A DNA stretch of 63,090 nucleotides, counting the filler, from Octopus bimaculoides (lineage: Eukaryota), in the NCBI RefSeq assembly GCF_001194135.2. It is 3 parts of 3 records of this genome, joined end to end, with 100 filler letters (N's around TTAATTAATTAA, not from the genome) between each part and the next. Parts side by side here need not be neighbours in the genome. Positions count along the whole stretch, not along the records: positions 24,867 to 50,873 come from NC_068991.1; 2 more parts are not named here. One strand, 5' to 3'. Each line of letters begins with the position of its first letter. Position 1 is the first letter of the stretch. The notes beneath the pieces are model-generated. The model worked only from the letters and a program-made list of their open reading frames with translations. It did no database searches and had not been told where the DNA came from. Made by a program: the position numbers and the translations under genes. This document shows, piece by piece, positions 24,870 through 37,885 of the stretch.

Positions 24870-25233
24870 TACTCCTTACTCTTTTACTTGTTTCAGTCAT
24901 TTGACTGCAGCCATGCTGGAGCACCACCTTTAGTCGAGCAAATCAACCCCAGGACTTATTCTTTGTAAGCCTAGTACTTATTCTATCGTTCTCTTTTTGC
25001 TGAATCACTAAGCTACGTGGATGTAAACACATCAGCATCGGTTGTCTAGCGATGCTGGGGGGGGGGGGACAAACACAGACACACATATACATATATACAA
25101 CGGGCTTCTTTCAGTTTCCTGGTCAGCCCAAGGCTATAGAAGAAGACACTTGCCCAAGGTGCCATGCAGTGGGACTGAACCCGGAACCATGTGGTTGGTA
25201 AGCAAGCTACTTACCACACAGCCACATCTGCGC
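24870..25233 (-). mobile_element. tRNA-like SINE copy
   Basis: Reverse complement of the 18630 family, with the head GGCGCAGATGTGGCTGTGTGGTAAG...CCGGGTTCAGTCCC. Confidence 0.85.
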
Positions 25234-27799
25234 CTATTATAAATGTTATAAATTTATTTCAAACCTGAGCACTCATTGTATGTACTTTATTATCTATATG
25301 TCCTTTGACACCTTCTTACCTATTGTTTACATACACAGACAGACACCATTGGTGTCAAAAAAAATAAACAGAACAGAGACAGAAAATAAGATAATTTTAC
25401 TGGTTCGATTAACATAAACCATTGTAAAATAAATAAATGAAGACAGACCAATTTAACTTGAAATTTTTTTAATAAAATAAACAATCAGATCTACAAAGAT
25501 TGTAAATTTACAAACCTACACATATATTATTGAATAACAGGAAATATCTTGCTTATAAAAAGTAAAACATTTTACATATGAAATATTTTTTATATCTGTA
25601 AATGGTTTGTCAAAGTAGTTCACATTTCCTACTTGAGCCAAAATTACCTCCTCTATTATCATGGCAACAAATATTTAAACCATTTAGCATTCAGCTTATT
25701 CTGTCAAATGAAATGCTTATTTATTCAAATTGCTTTGAACTAATCACACATAACCTCATAACTTCAATGATGTGATTGTTCATTTTTAAAATGACTTTAT
25801 AGGGTAGGTGCAAGAGGCTGGATCTGGTTGGTTTAATTGCTAATGGGTTAAATAAAACATGATCAACAAAACACTTTAAAACAGAGAACCATAATTTTAC
25901 AAAAGTATAAAATGGAATGAGTCGGCACCATAAATTGTTATAAGAATTTTTGTACAAAAGTAGTAAAAATAAACAGAAAATTGTAATTATTTTTTTTATA
26001 TATCAACAGACTGATGTCAATTTTGTTCCTTTTTGTTGTAAAAATAATACTTTGAAATTATAAATGGTAAAATATTGTAATATTAATTGGAATATGAATA
26101 ATTTATTAATCATTGTCAGGTTTATAGGCTTCAGTCTTCTTTGGAATAACTTGCTAGTAAAATATATGTATGATGAAAAGTGAGTAATAAAAATATATGT
26201 ATGATGAAATATACACATGATGAAAAGTGAGTAATTAAGAAATTTTAATTAACCGTGAATCTTGAAATATAAAATCTCACCATCATTGTCAATTAACATG
26301 TTTTCCATACTGGCAAGGGTTGAACCTTTTGACTTGAGCTGACTAGTTGGAGACCTGCACCAGGCACCAACTATCTGTTTTGGCATAATTTCTATGGCTG
26401 GATGTCCTTAACAATGAAATCCATTTCCATAGGATGACAGTAAACACAAATGCAGCTCTGTTATTATGCATAAATTTTTCCAAACAATTACGTTTAAACC
26501 TATTCATGGTCAAATCTAACTTCTCTATATGTCAGTGAAGAGGATTGTTTGTGTATGAAGAAAAATGTAAATCCAACTAGTTTTAGTAATTAATACCACA
26601 AATCGATTTTGTTTTTATATGGAATATTAAAAAAATGAAATATAATATTTAATGATTTCAAAACCTTTCTGATGATAATCAATCTTATAAACATGAATAT
26701 TTATTTTATATGAATCAATATCTTTTAATGTATACAAAAATAAATGCATCATAAGAATGTATATAACCAACCGATATTGGAATTTCTCTTCTTATAGATT
26801 CAGATATGCTTCTGCCCATAATCTCAAGCATAGTATCAAAATTAAAGAATTAATAGATTTCAACATATGTCACAAGTTCATCAAACTAACCTTCAGAAAA
26901 TTAGAAGAATCCAAAGAAAATGAATGAGTATTAAAAACAAATGCTATCAAAATAGAAAGACAAATATTATTATAAAAGATTTTTTACAAAGCAGTAATTA
27001 ATCATTCTTAAATTTAAAAGAATTGTTGTGTGTAGAGGATTTGTTGGAAATAACTGAAAAGAAATCAATATTGTAAGACTGGAATGGCAAACTTCAATTA
27101 AACTCATAAAATCATAATTGATTAGTTCATGAAGAATTTGGTATTTTCAAATAAAAATTTGAATAATTATCATTATCAAGTCTCAGTTTGTAAATAGTAT
27201 GTGAGTGTGTGCGTGCATGGCCAGATGGTGTGAATATGTACACATACATATATATGATTCAGACACACACATACATCCATACATACATCAGATTAGAGTG
27301 GTTTGGTAGCATATTTTACATCCCCGTGAAGAATGAACATGCAAAGTATGATTTAAACAAACTCTTCACTTATATTTTAAACTGCATGAAATGTCCAGTT
27401 TTTTTTCTACATACTTTGGATTTACAAAATACTTATTTTCATTTAACTAATTAATATTCCATTGCTTGTTAATAGCTACTGAATATTACTAGTATTCATC
27501 CTGAGTACTCTATTAGCTAAATATATGTTAGAGTTAATTGCCAGGATGATTGAGATCCTCACAACTTTACACACACACACATACACACATACATGATTAG
27601 TAGTCACTGGGGTAAACAAAACCCTTTTTCTTCAGAGTGAAAGATAGATTGTATGATGTTTTCATGCTCTATTGTAGTGAAACATGGGGCTTGAATACAG
27701 CGGATTTGAGTAACCAGGAAAGAAATGAAGAAAGCATGCTTTGTTGGATGTACATGAAAGACAAAGTACAGATATGCTAAGAGAAAAACTGGGCACAAG

Positions 27800-28060
27800 A
27801 TGAATCAGATGTAGAATGCAAGTAAGATGACTGCACTGGCAGAGACAATTGATGTGCATGGATGAGGACAACTGTATAAACAAAGTACCAGTCATTCAAT
27901 GTAGATAGAGCTTTTGGAAGAGAGATACTTGGAAAGACATGGGAAAAAATTATGAAAGCTGATCTCAAGACCTTGAAACTCACAGAGGATGATACTGGAC
28001 CAAAATGACTGGAAATATGCAGTTCAGATCCACTCATCTCAGTAACACAGATTCTAGAAG
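27800..28060 (+). mobile_element. Degenerate RTE 3' coding fragment
   Basis: cttggaaagacatgggaaaaaattatgaaagctgatctcaagacc resembles the RPRKTW...DL segment of the other RTE copies. Confidence 0.55.
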
Positions 28061-28908
28061 CACAATCTGTATGTACATATATATGTGTATAGGCACAATT
28101 GGGTCCTCTCACCCATTTTCCTTTTGAAGATAACCCCACCACCAATCATCTCTCTAACTGCAGTATTCTACTGTTGTAATTTAATATTAGCTGAACTGCA
28201 TATGTAACCAGCTTTCCTCTGATACTACTTATGTTTTCTCATTATCTGGAATCATTTCTCTTGATATTTATCCTTTATTCTTCATACTACCCTCTCCATC
28301 AATATTTTACATTGATCACCATTCTCAGCTACCATGTTATCTTTCCTTCACCATCGTACATCTCCCACTCTCTCTATTTATTACCCCCTACACTCTTTGA
28401 ACATATCTATAGAAGAAATAATTGCAATGCAGCTTTTTCTGATGCTCTAATGATGCTGTCAGATTGAATATAATTGTTACATTTGCATGAACTGATGAAT
28501 TCAAATTTTCCTCTAACCCTGCAGGAGCCAACAAAAAATGGCATTATCACAAGAAAATCTTAGAGATGCTTCCTATTCAGGGTCATTAAGAGTTCAATTA
28601 ATTCACAATTTAATAAACTGTCTGAATTTTGGAAACTTTGCTCATAAAAATATAACTATTTCTCACAGTAGCATGTCAATGAAATAGGCAAGTGTAAAAA
28701 ATAAGTTGTTTTGTTTTCTAATATTAAATGTGGATTTTGCTGTTTTTGTTTCTATGAGAGAAAGAAGAATACAGAACGTCAGGTAACAAAAGAAGAAAGG
28801 CAGAGTGAAAAGGTAAAAGAAAAGCAGGAAGGATCCAGAATGAGATATAAAAATATAAAAATGGAACCAAATCTTTGTTAAAACAAATGAACCCAACCTG
28901 TGAATCTT

Positions 28909-29588
28909 TTAAAGTGATAATTCATTGTGCTCATTGATCTGTTCCAACATGTAACTTACAGGGACTGAAAAAATACTATGTTCACATCCATCTGAAAAGT
29001 TTTCACTGTAATCAAGCATTTCATTTAAAGACTCCATTTTCTTAGGGCAAATATATTTGTTTTCAAACCAATTGGGACTATTTTCTTCAAAGTTGGTAGC
29101 ATTCTTAATTGTGTTTGTCAAAGAGTTAAATTCATGATTCCCTCTTGTTCCATGGATTTTTTTAATAAGCGAGTTCAACTCTTTTGTGAGAGTGTAACAC
29201 TGGATTGAAGGAAATTCACTGCTGACATTGGAGTTTGGTATCTGAGGAAACTTACAAATGATAAGTTTATTGCTTGCGTTAAGTTCTCTAAGAAGGGAAA
29301 CTGTCAAAAGTGCTGAGTTATCCTCTTTTAAAAAATTTACGTAATCTTGGTTGCTTTTCCACGCCTGAATTCTTTTGTGAAGAGCTTTGGAGTAAACAAG
29401 AATTATAAAATCAGACTTTTGAATTTCTAAACTCAGTCTTAATGGATCACCACCTCTCACTAGCTCAGCAGCAACTTCTAACTTACATTTACTCTTATTC
29501 ATGAAAGATATAAACTTATCAATGGCTTCACAGTGGTAATAATGGTCCTCTGTATAAAATAACAGCCCTTTTTTCTCTTGGATTCTTC
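28909..29588 (-). CDS. IL17R: IL17R-like terminal coding exon: SEFIR domain and C-terminal tail
   Basis: Acceptor atattttcag|GA. Translation GLLFYTEDHYYHCEAIDKFISFM...IQKSDFIILVYSK...YTLTKELNSLIKKIHG matches remembered SEFIR motifs (FIxYSxDxxxHxxxVxxFAxFL; IxxADxVIIVCS; YxLMxxLxxLxxxLHG). Stop TAA at 28909-28911. Confidence 0.9.
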
Positions 29589-32500
29589 CTGAAAATATAA
29601 ATTCACACAATCAATAATAAAATATCAACAATATATTAGAATTAAAGGATTGAATTTCTTTAACTAAATACAAGATCAATAGAATTAATCACACCATTTT
29701 ACATGACACCAGAAAAATAAAATTTCAAAACCAGCCACAATTAAACTTAAATTCAGAAAAGTGAGATTTCAAAATAGACATAATCATCCACAGAGGAAGG
29801 GAAGCTGCTATGTGGTCACTTGACAAGCAAGAACTTTTAAATGTGACCTTAAAAAATGAGGCTGGCTAATCTTAATCTGATATCAGTTATTAAAACAAAA
29901 GGTTATTGAGTTTCTAGAGAAATAGTTCATTCCTTATAATAATAGCTCTAAGTCATGTTCAAAGACACTTCCCTTTACTAACCTAGTCACCTACTTCTTA
30001 ACTTGATTTTTTTGTGTTTCAGTTATTGGACTGTGGCCATGCTGGGGCAGTGCCCAATAGTTATTGTTTAAGTCTGGTACTTATTCTATCAGTCTCTCTT
30101 GCCACACTGCTATATTACAGGGATGGAGACAAACCAACACCAGTTCTCAAGAGATGGAGGGAACAAAGATACACACACACACACACACAGAGTCGACTTC
30201 TTATAGTTTCAATCTTCCAAATGTACTCAGAAGGCCTTAGTTGGTCAAAGGCTACAGTAGAAAACATTTGAACAAGATGTCATACAGTAGGACTGAACCT
30301 AAGATCACATTGTTTGGAAGCAAGCTTATATATCAATAAAAATATTCTCACATTCACACAGACATATAAATAATGATAAGACAGGCTGCAAACTTTCATT
30401 CATCAGGGAATCTAGGCTGTTTTATTTCACTGAACATTTCTGTGAATCTGTTGCAGTCCACCTAGCTCTAATACGTATTTAATAAACCAATATCGCAATT
30501 ATGAAATTTATGAAGATGGAGAAAGCCTTCGGCCCATCAGGAATCACCACTGAGATGCTTAAAATATCTGGTGGTGTGGGCTATGGTTTAGTCACCCATA
30601 TATTTAACCAGCTAATACACAAAAGAGACATACCCAATGGCTGGTGTAGCAGCACCAAAGTCAACTGCTACAAGGTGACACCTTAGAGAGAAATAATTAC
30701 AAAGGCATCAAATTGTTGGATCAAGTGATGAGAGTCATAGAGAGGATCATAGCCCAACTAATTAGGGAGAGAATTGGTTTAGATGAGATGCAGCTTGGTT
30801 TTATGCCAGGGAAAAGGCACCACTGATCTGAAGAGGCAGTTGCAGAAGTACCTAGCCAAAGATAAACCTTTGTACTTGACTTTTGTTGACATGGAGAAAG
30901 TCTTTGAAGGATCCCCTGTTCCCTTATCTGGTGGTCAATGCAGAAACTAGGGATAGATGAGTGGTTGGTGAGAGTAGTACAAGCTATGTACAAGGATGCA
31001 GTCAGTAAGGTGAGGGTTGGCAACAAGTATAGCGATGAATTCAAGGTGGTGAAGTAAGGGTTCACCAAGGATCAGTCCTCAGCTTGCTCCTGTTCATCAT
31101 AGTCCTCCAGGCAATAACAGAGGAATTTAAGATGGGCTGCCCCTTGTAACTCCTCTATACTGATGATCTTGTTCTTAAAGCCGAATCATTACCAGAACTA
31201 GAGAAGAAATTTCAGGTGTGGAGGCAATGCCTAGAATCAAAAGGCCTCAGATGTGTATAGATGAAGACAGCTGTGTAAAGAAGTGCTGATCTCTAACTGT
31301 AGAGATAACCTGTGGAAGAGGTAGACCCAGGAAGACATGGGACAAGGTGGTGAAGTATGATCTTCGAATGTTGGGCCTCACAGAGGCAATGACTAGTGAC
31401 CGAGACATTTGGCAATATGCTATGCTTGAGAAGACCCATCAAGTCAAGTGAAATCATAGTTATGGCCAATGCCAGAATCATGTAACTGGTACCCATGTTG
31501 GTGAAACGTAAAAAGCACCTTTCGAGTGTTGAGCCTCATGGAGGTAATGTACAATGCTGGTGTCACATATCTAACACCTGTGCTGGTGTTGTATAACTAG
31601 CACCTGTGCCTTTCAAGAGTCAGGCCTCACAGAGCAATGACAAATGACCAAGACCTTCAGCAATATGCTGTGCTTGAGAAGAAGACCCATCAAGCCAAGT
31701 GAAATCATAGTTGTGACAGCTACCAGTGTCATGCAACTGGCATCTATGCTAGTGGCACATAAAAGCACCCATTACACTCGCAGAGTGGTAGGTATTAGGA
31801 AGGGCATACAGCTTTAGAAACCATGCCAAATCAGACTAGAGTCTGGTGGAGCCCCCAGCCTGCCAGCCCTGGTAAAATTTCCAACCCATGCCAGCATGGG
31901 CAATGGATGTTAAATGATGATATTTACATTTGATTTGATTGCATTCACTTAACCTTTGCTAGTTCCAAATAGTTTTTTATGAAGAAACAGATGAATATAA
32001 TAATTTACTATACACAACTGTTGTAAGATGACTTTGGAATGGTAAAAATTAATCACAGAATTTTCTTGAACTTCAGCTCAGTATAGCTTTTTGATAGAGA
32101 ATGTCTCTGCTCTGCTGCTATTGGAGGCTGTGGCAACTGGTGTTCTCTGCTATTTAAATGACACAAATGAATCTGAGATGAAAGGGTGAGTCTGGTGGCT
32201 GTGATATATCTATATATGCATTATACACTCATTCAGAGTATATATGACATACACTCAGAGCATATACAACATAGTCTGCAGTAGAAGCTTTCTAGCATAA
32301 TCTTATTTCACTCCTAACTAAATTTCAAACATTATTCATGCAGTGAAAATTTCAACCAACTGGCAAATTCTTCATGTGTTCAGGATTCATAAAAGACATT
32401 GTCACTTGTCTGGAGTTACAGTTTCAACATTTTTCAGATCTTGATGAAAATGCAAAGGCATTAAAAGTCTTTCAGAATCTATTTGACTGCATTATAAGTA

Positions 32501-35500
32501 AATTTCTATCAGATTCTCAACTGGAATATATTGAGTTTCAATCAAATGACAAGTACAAAAGGGAAAACTTGACTGGCTTTTGTTAATGCCTCCAACATGA
32601 AGGATATATTTAAAAATCATTTGCTAGCAATGGATTTCTGTATTTGGCATAACCTATTTATGTAAAAAAAAAAATTTTCAAAGATGAAATATATGAAATT
32701 TATATATACGTTGATATTAACAATGTTAATAAATGCAATCAGTTTCCATTTCAGGAATTACAAAATTTGAACCACAAATTGGCAATATTTTGCATACTCC
32801 CACCTCAAAAATTCCAGTTCTCATTGACAGGTATTTAATTTGTGACAAAATAGGAATTACATCTACAAGAAATATTTCCTGAAATAGACTGGTGTCCTAT
32901 ATGTGAGATTTAACTCATCTGCTTAAGACCATGTAATCAGGGCTAAGCTATCAGATATACAGATAATTTTGGTGATACTACATGAGCATATGTCTGAACA
33001 AAGATTGCATACTCACGTTTGAAATAGTAAAAACTGAGAACAAGAAGCACAAGAATGACAATAGCACCAATAAGAGCAAGGAATATGTGTAATTCAATAG
33101 GTTTTGATGAGCTTTTGTTTCTGAATTTTCTACATGTACCAGTCACTAGAAAATAAAATAGAAATCAAAATTTTGTTATTTTGTCAAAGACAAAATTGGA
33201 AATAATTTTTTAAAATATCAATTTAAACTCAATAAGCAAAAGTATTGTTAAATTGGTTCAATAGATGTTAGTTTCAGTTCATCATATATAAAGAGAGACG
33301 ATTTGTCTGATAACTGACAAGTGGTTGTAACACAGCTAAAATCAACTTGCTGCAGGAATTTATGTTATGAAATTCAGTGACTTCAATAATCCACTATCAT
33401 TGCTGACACACACACACATCTCTCTCTCTCTCATATAATTCATTTGAACTAAACATTTCACCTGAAAGGTTTTCATCCTGAGGGTGTTCTTCAGTACTTC
33501 ATCCTTCATCTTTCTGGGCCTCCCACTTCTATACGTTCCATCCACTTTGAGAGATCAGCACTTCTTTATGGAGCTGTCGACATCCACCCACATCACATAA
33601 TTAAACTAGTACAGTCTTCTCTCTTGCATACAGCAACCAATTCTTCTTAAGCCTAACTTCTGTCTCAGAACACTAGCACTCTGTCAAGTATGTACCCTTA
33701 CACTACACATCCAGCAGAGCATACTTGCCTCTTTCTTTTATAACCTTTGCATGTCCTCTGCATTCAGGGCCTATGTCTCACTACCTGTCTGAAACCAAAG
33801 AACAAAAGGCCAAAGGAAAATGAAAAAAAATGCACTCAACACCAGAGCTGAAGACACCTCCGAAATGGGGGGGGGGGGCTCACCATGTTGACAATGGTAG
33901 AGGAGTAAGAGTCAAAACCAGATGTGGTTCCTCCTGATGATGTCCTTATCCATTGGATCCTATAAAGAATCTGTTGAGATAGCGAACCACGAAACATGGT
34001 CGGAATTCCTCCATGGTCTTCCTTTCACTTGGAGACAGTAACCTTTCATGACCAACAGAGGTAGCACTTCTTTGAATTTCTTCAATCCCATTCTTATTCT
34101 AGCTATCACTCTCTCCATGCATCATCCCCCACTATTAATTTGGTCCCCTAGGTAGCAGAAATGATTTACTACCACTAATGAACCACCAGGGCATTTGAGA
34201 GAATCAACTTCCTGAGTCTCTATAGTTTTTGTGGATCCAGTGCATCTTCCACATACGAAAGCTATCTTCTCTGATAACCTTCCTATTAATCCACTGCACC
34301 GCTTGTGTGTCCATAGCTTATACTGGGTACACCATATGGAATTCTTGCCTATACCTTTCCTACAAATCAAACAGAATCACCCCCCTGACTTGGGCAGGAT
34401 CCTGTCAGTGTTCTTGCTTACTAGGACCTTAGTTTTTACTATGTTAACTTTAAGGTCACACCTAGAATTTCTCATCTAGCTTTGAAATGAAATCCACTAC
34501 GAGAGCAAGACCATCAGCACATAGTTCCCAGGGGCTGCTGAGTTTGAATTCCTCTGTTATGGCCTGAAGGACAATGATGAAAAGGAGGAGACTAAGGATT
34601 GAGCCTTGATGAGCCTCTACTTGTACACTAAATTCTTTACCGTACTCTTGGTTAACTCTCACCTTACTGACAGCACCTTTGTACATGACCTGTACAGCTT
34701 TCATCAGCTACTCATCTATCCCTAGCCCCATCAGAGTCCACCAAATCACACAGTGGGGCACTCTATCTAAGGCGTTCTTAGCTAAGTACTTCTCTTGAAG
34801 TTGCCAGACTGAAAATAGCATCAGTAGTGCTTCTTTCCCAGACAAAGCTGGACTGCATTTCGTCTAGCCTATGTTTGCTCCTAATTGATTGGGCTATAAC
34901 TCTCTCTGTAATTTTTATCACCTGATCCAGGAGTTTGATGCCCCTGTAATTGCTTCTATCATCTGCATTGACCTTACCCTTGTAGCAGCTAACAATTATG
35001 CAGCTATGCCAGTCACTGGGTATTACACCTTCCTAAATGACCGGATCAATTATGCGAGTGACCAGCCCATATACTACCTTACTGGATATTTTAAGCATCT
35101 CAGCTGTGATTCTGGATGAACCAAGGGCTTTCCAGATTTTCAAGTTTTCAATTGCATTATATACCATACTGTTGTCCACTAGGTCTCTCTGTTGGGTTTA
35201 AATGAGGGAGACTCCCTTTATCCCATTCATTCTCTACATTCAACAGTCTTGCATAGTAACTTTTCCATGCTTCTTTCTTGTCCACATCATTAAGTGCAAG
35301 CATATCATTATCCATCTGCACACTTCTCTCCAACAATATTTCATTTCTCACTGACACACTGTCTGGCAATCTGGAAAACTTAAGTTTCTGATCTTCATGC
35401 TATAGGACTTTGGCAAACCTCTTCCTTTATGCTCTTATGCTGAATAGACCTGGCATCTAGCCTCCTTTTTAGCTTTCTGATAAGATTCTTTCATACCCTC

Positions 35501-37817
35501 TTTTCCACTCTTTCCAGGTTTGTCTTTTCTCTTTTATGGCCCTGTTAATGTCACTGTTCTACCAGCACATCACCCTTGGTCTCTGCAGGGATTTTGCTCC
35601 AACCATAAATTTGGTCTGTAGCCCTTAGTAGATTGTCCCCTAAGAACTTCTGTTGTCCTCTACATCATATGTCTCTATCTCTCCTTCCTTCTCATCATAG
35701 GCTTCATTGAGGACATCTCTAAATCTCTACCCATTTGAGGGATCCTTGAGCTTCCACAGCCACCTTTTCCATGTTAGGTTGCATCTCAGGATCTTTCTGA
35801 CCCTAAACCTGAGGTCACTCATCACTAGCTTATCTTGAGTTGTACATTCTTCCCCTGGGAAGGATTTTGCATTTACGAGCATATATCTATCCATGTGTCT
35901 GGTGAGGATGTAGTCGATCTGGCTACTGTGTTCCCCTTATAAAGCAACCCTTTATTTGAAAATAATATTCAATCACTATTTTCAAATTGTGACCTCACTG
36001 TATGTTTTATCTACCACTACTATCTGCTGCTCATCAGAACTGGCTGGCTACCCATCACTCCTAATTCCTCCCAATATATATACTCTGTCTTATTTCCTGT
36101 ACATCCATTAAGCACCTTACTCATTACTTCCACCATCATGCAACTATATTACTCCGAAGCTCCCACAGGTCTTATATCCATACCTCATCAACCTTTTCTT
36201 GCTGATTTCCAAACATTTTATGCAAAATACACAATACATAATCTGCATTTTAATAATGTTTTTTCTTGGGCATTATTTTAGTTTTGCTTACCTATAAAAT
36301 TAGAGGATCTCGACCGATGACAGTCTAAACCACACTTTCCAGTATCTGAGGGACATATACATTTCCCATCATCATTCCAAAATTCATCAAATATTTCAAC
36401 CTTTAAAAAGAAAATAAAAAAAAAACACATCCACTGAATTAATATTTAAATAAACAAACAAAACAAATGAGAGAGAAGCTTCAATATTTTCATCATAACA
36501 TATCCTTGTACTTTAACCTCACATCTTTCTTTCCAGTTGGGGAAGCCACATGTATTCACCTCTTCAGCAAGACACCTGCCCCGTCCCCCTGACACACTTT
36601 CACCTCCCTCAATACAATATTTCACTTGTGATTTCACAAGTGCTGGTGCCACAAAAAAAGCACCCAATACACTTTGTAAAGTGGTTGGTATAAGGAAGGA
36701 CATTCAGTTGTTGAAACCATGCCAAAGCAGATGTAGTTTGGCACAACCCTCTGGCTCATTGGCTCCTGTCAACATGTCCAGCCTATTCCAGCATAGAAAA
36801 AAAGACATTAAATGATGAGGATGATCATCCTAGCAAGCAAATAACGAATGCAAGTAGTCTTAAAGTTATACTTCTTCAGACAACAAAAGAAAGAAAATGT
36901 ATTGTTAGAGCCCAAACAACATTAATCAAGTCCAAAATTAATTTTAAATGATTCCTCAAAATTCCGTAAAAAATATTTTAATGGAGTTCTGAGGGAGATC
37001 ATTTCTAACATGTGCAATAAAAGAAATCTTACACATGGAAATTAATCTGTAGAGGCCAAAGCCAATGGAAGGAAGGAGCACCACATTTAATAACATACAC
37101 TTTACCCACAAACACTTCAAGATAACTCTTACTGGCCTTACAGTTAACCCAACCAACGGACATAACCCCAAGCCTAATCCCCTGACCCTTTTTCACAGCA
37201 GCCACAAACTAGATGAGTTAATTCACCTCTGACAATAGAAAACAGTTGCCATATTCCCTTCCATATCAGCTAACTCTGATGAGCATAAGGTTATATAATC
37301 AGATTGTTACCTAACATTCCATTGTACTCCTTGTGTGAAACCAATTGGTAAGCTCAGCCATGATGGATATATAATACTGTGCATTTCGGATAATATACCC
37401 ACTCTATTAACAAATATGCAAGTGCATTTTTTCCCTGACTTATAGACTCTTAGATGACTTATGTACACACACACACACACAAATATATATATACAATTAC
37501 AGCATGGAAGATGTTTGTAAGCCATTTAAGAACACACAAAAACCATTAGCTTCACTTCAACATTTAAATTTAATTTGTGTCAAAATATTTTTGTCACTTT
37601 GAAATTGTAACCTGTTCACTGACAAAACTTTGTGGACACAAATTAAATTTAAATGTTAAAGTGAAACTAACAACTTTTGTGTGTTCTTAAATGGCTTACA
37701 AACATCTTCCACACTGCAATTGTTTTTGTTTCAGCACACGATCTCAGATCAAGTCACTTAATATGCAAGTACATCTCTGTAATATACATACATACATATA
37801 TATATATACGCAAACAT

Positions 37818-37885
<68 letters not shown>

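Noticed and set aside
25300-28908. Long AU-rich 3' UTR assignment for IL17R
   Set aside because: Plausible, but AATAAA/ATTTA motifs are ubiquitous at this AT content, so the end cannot be placed without reads.
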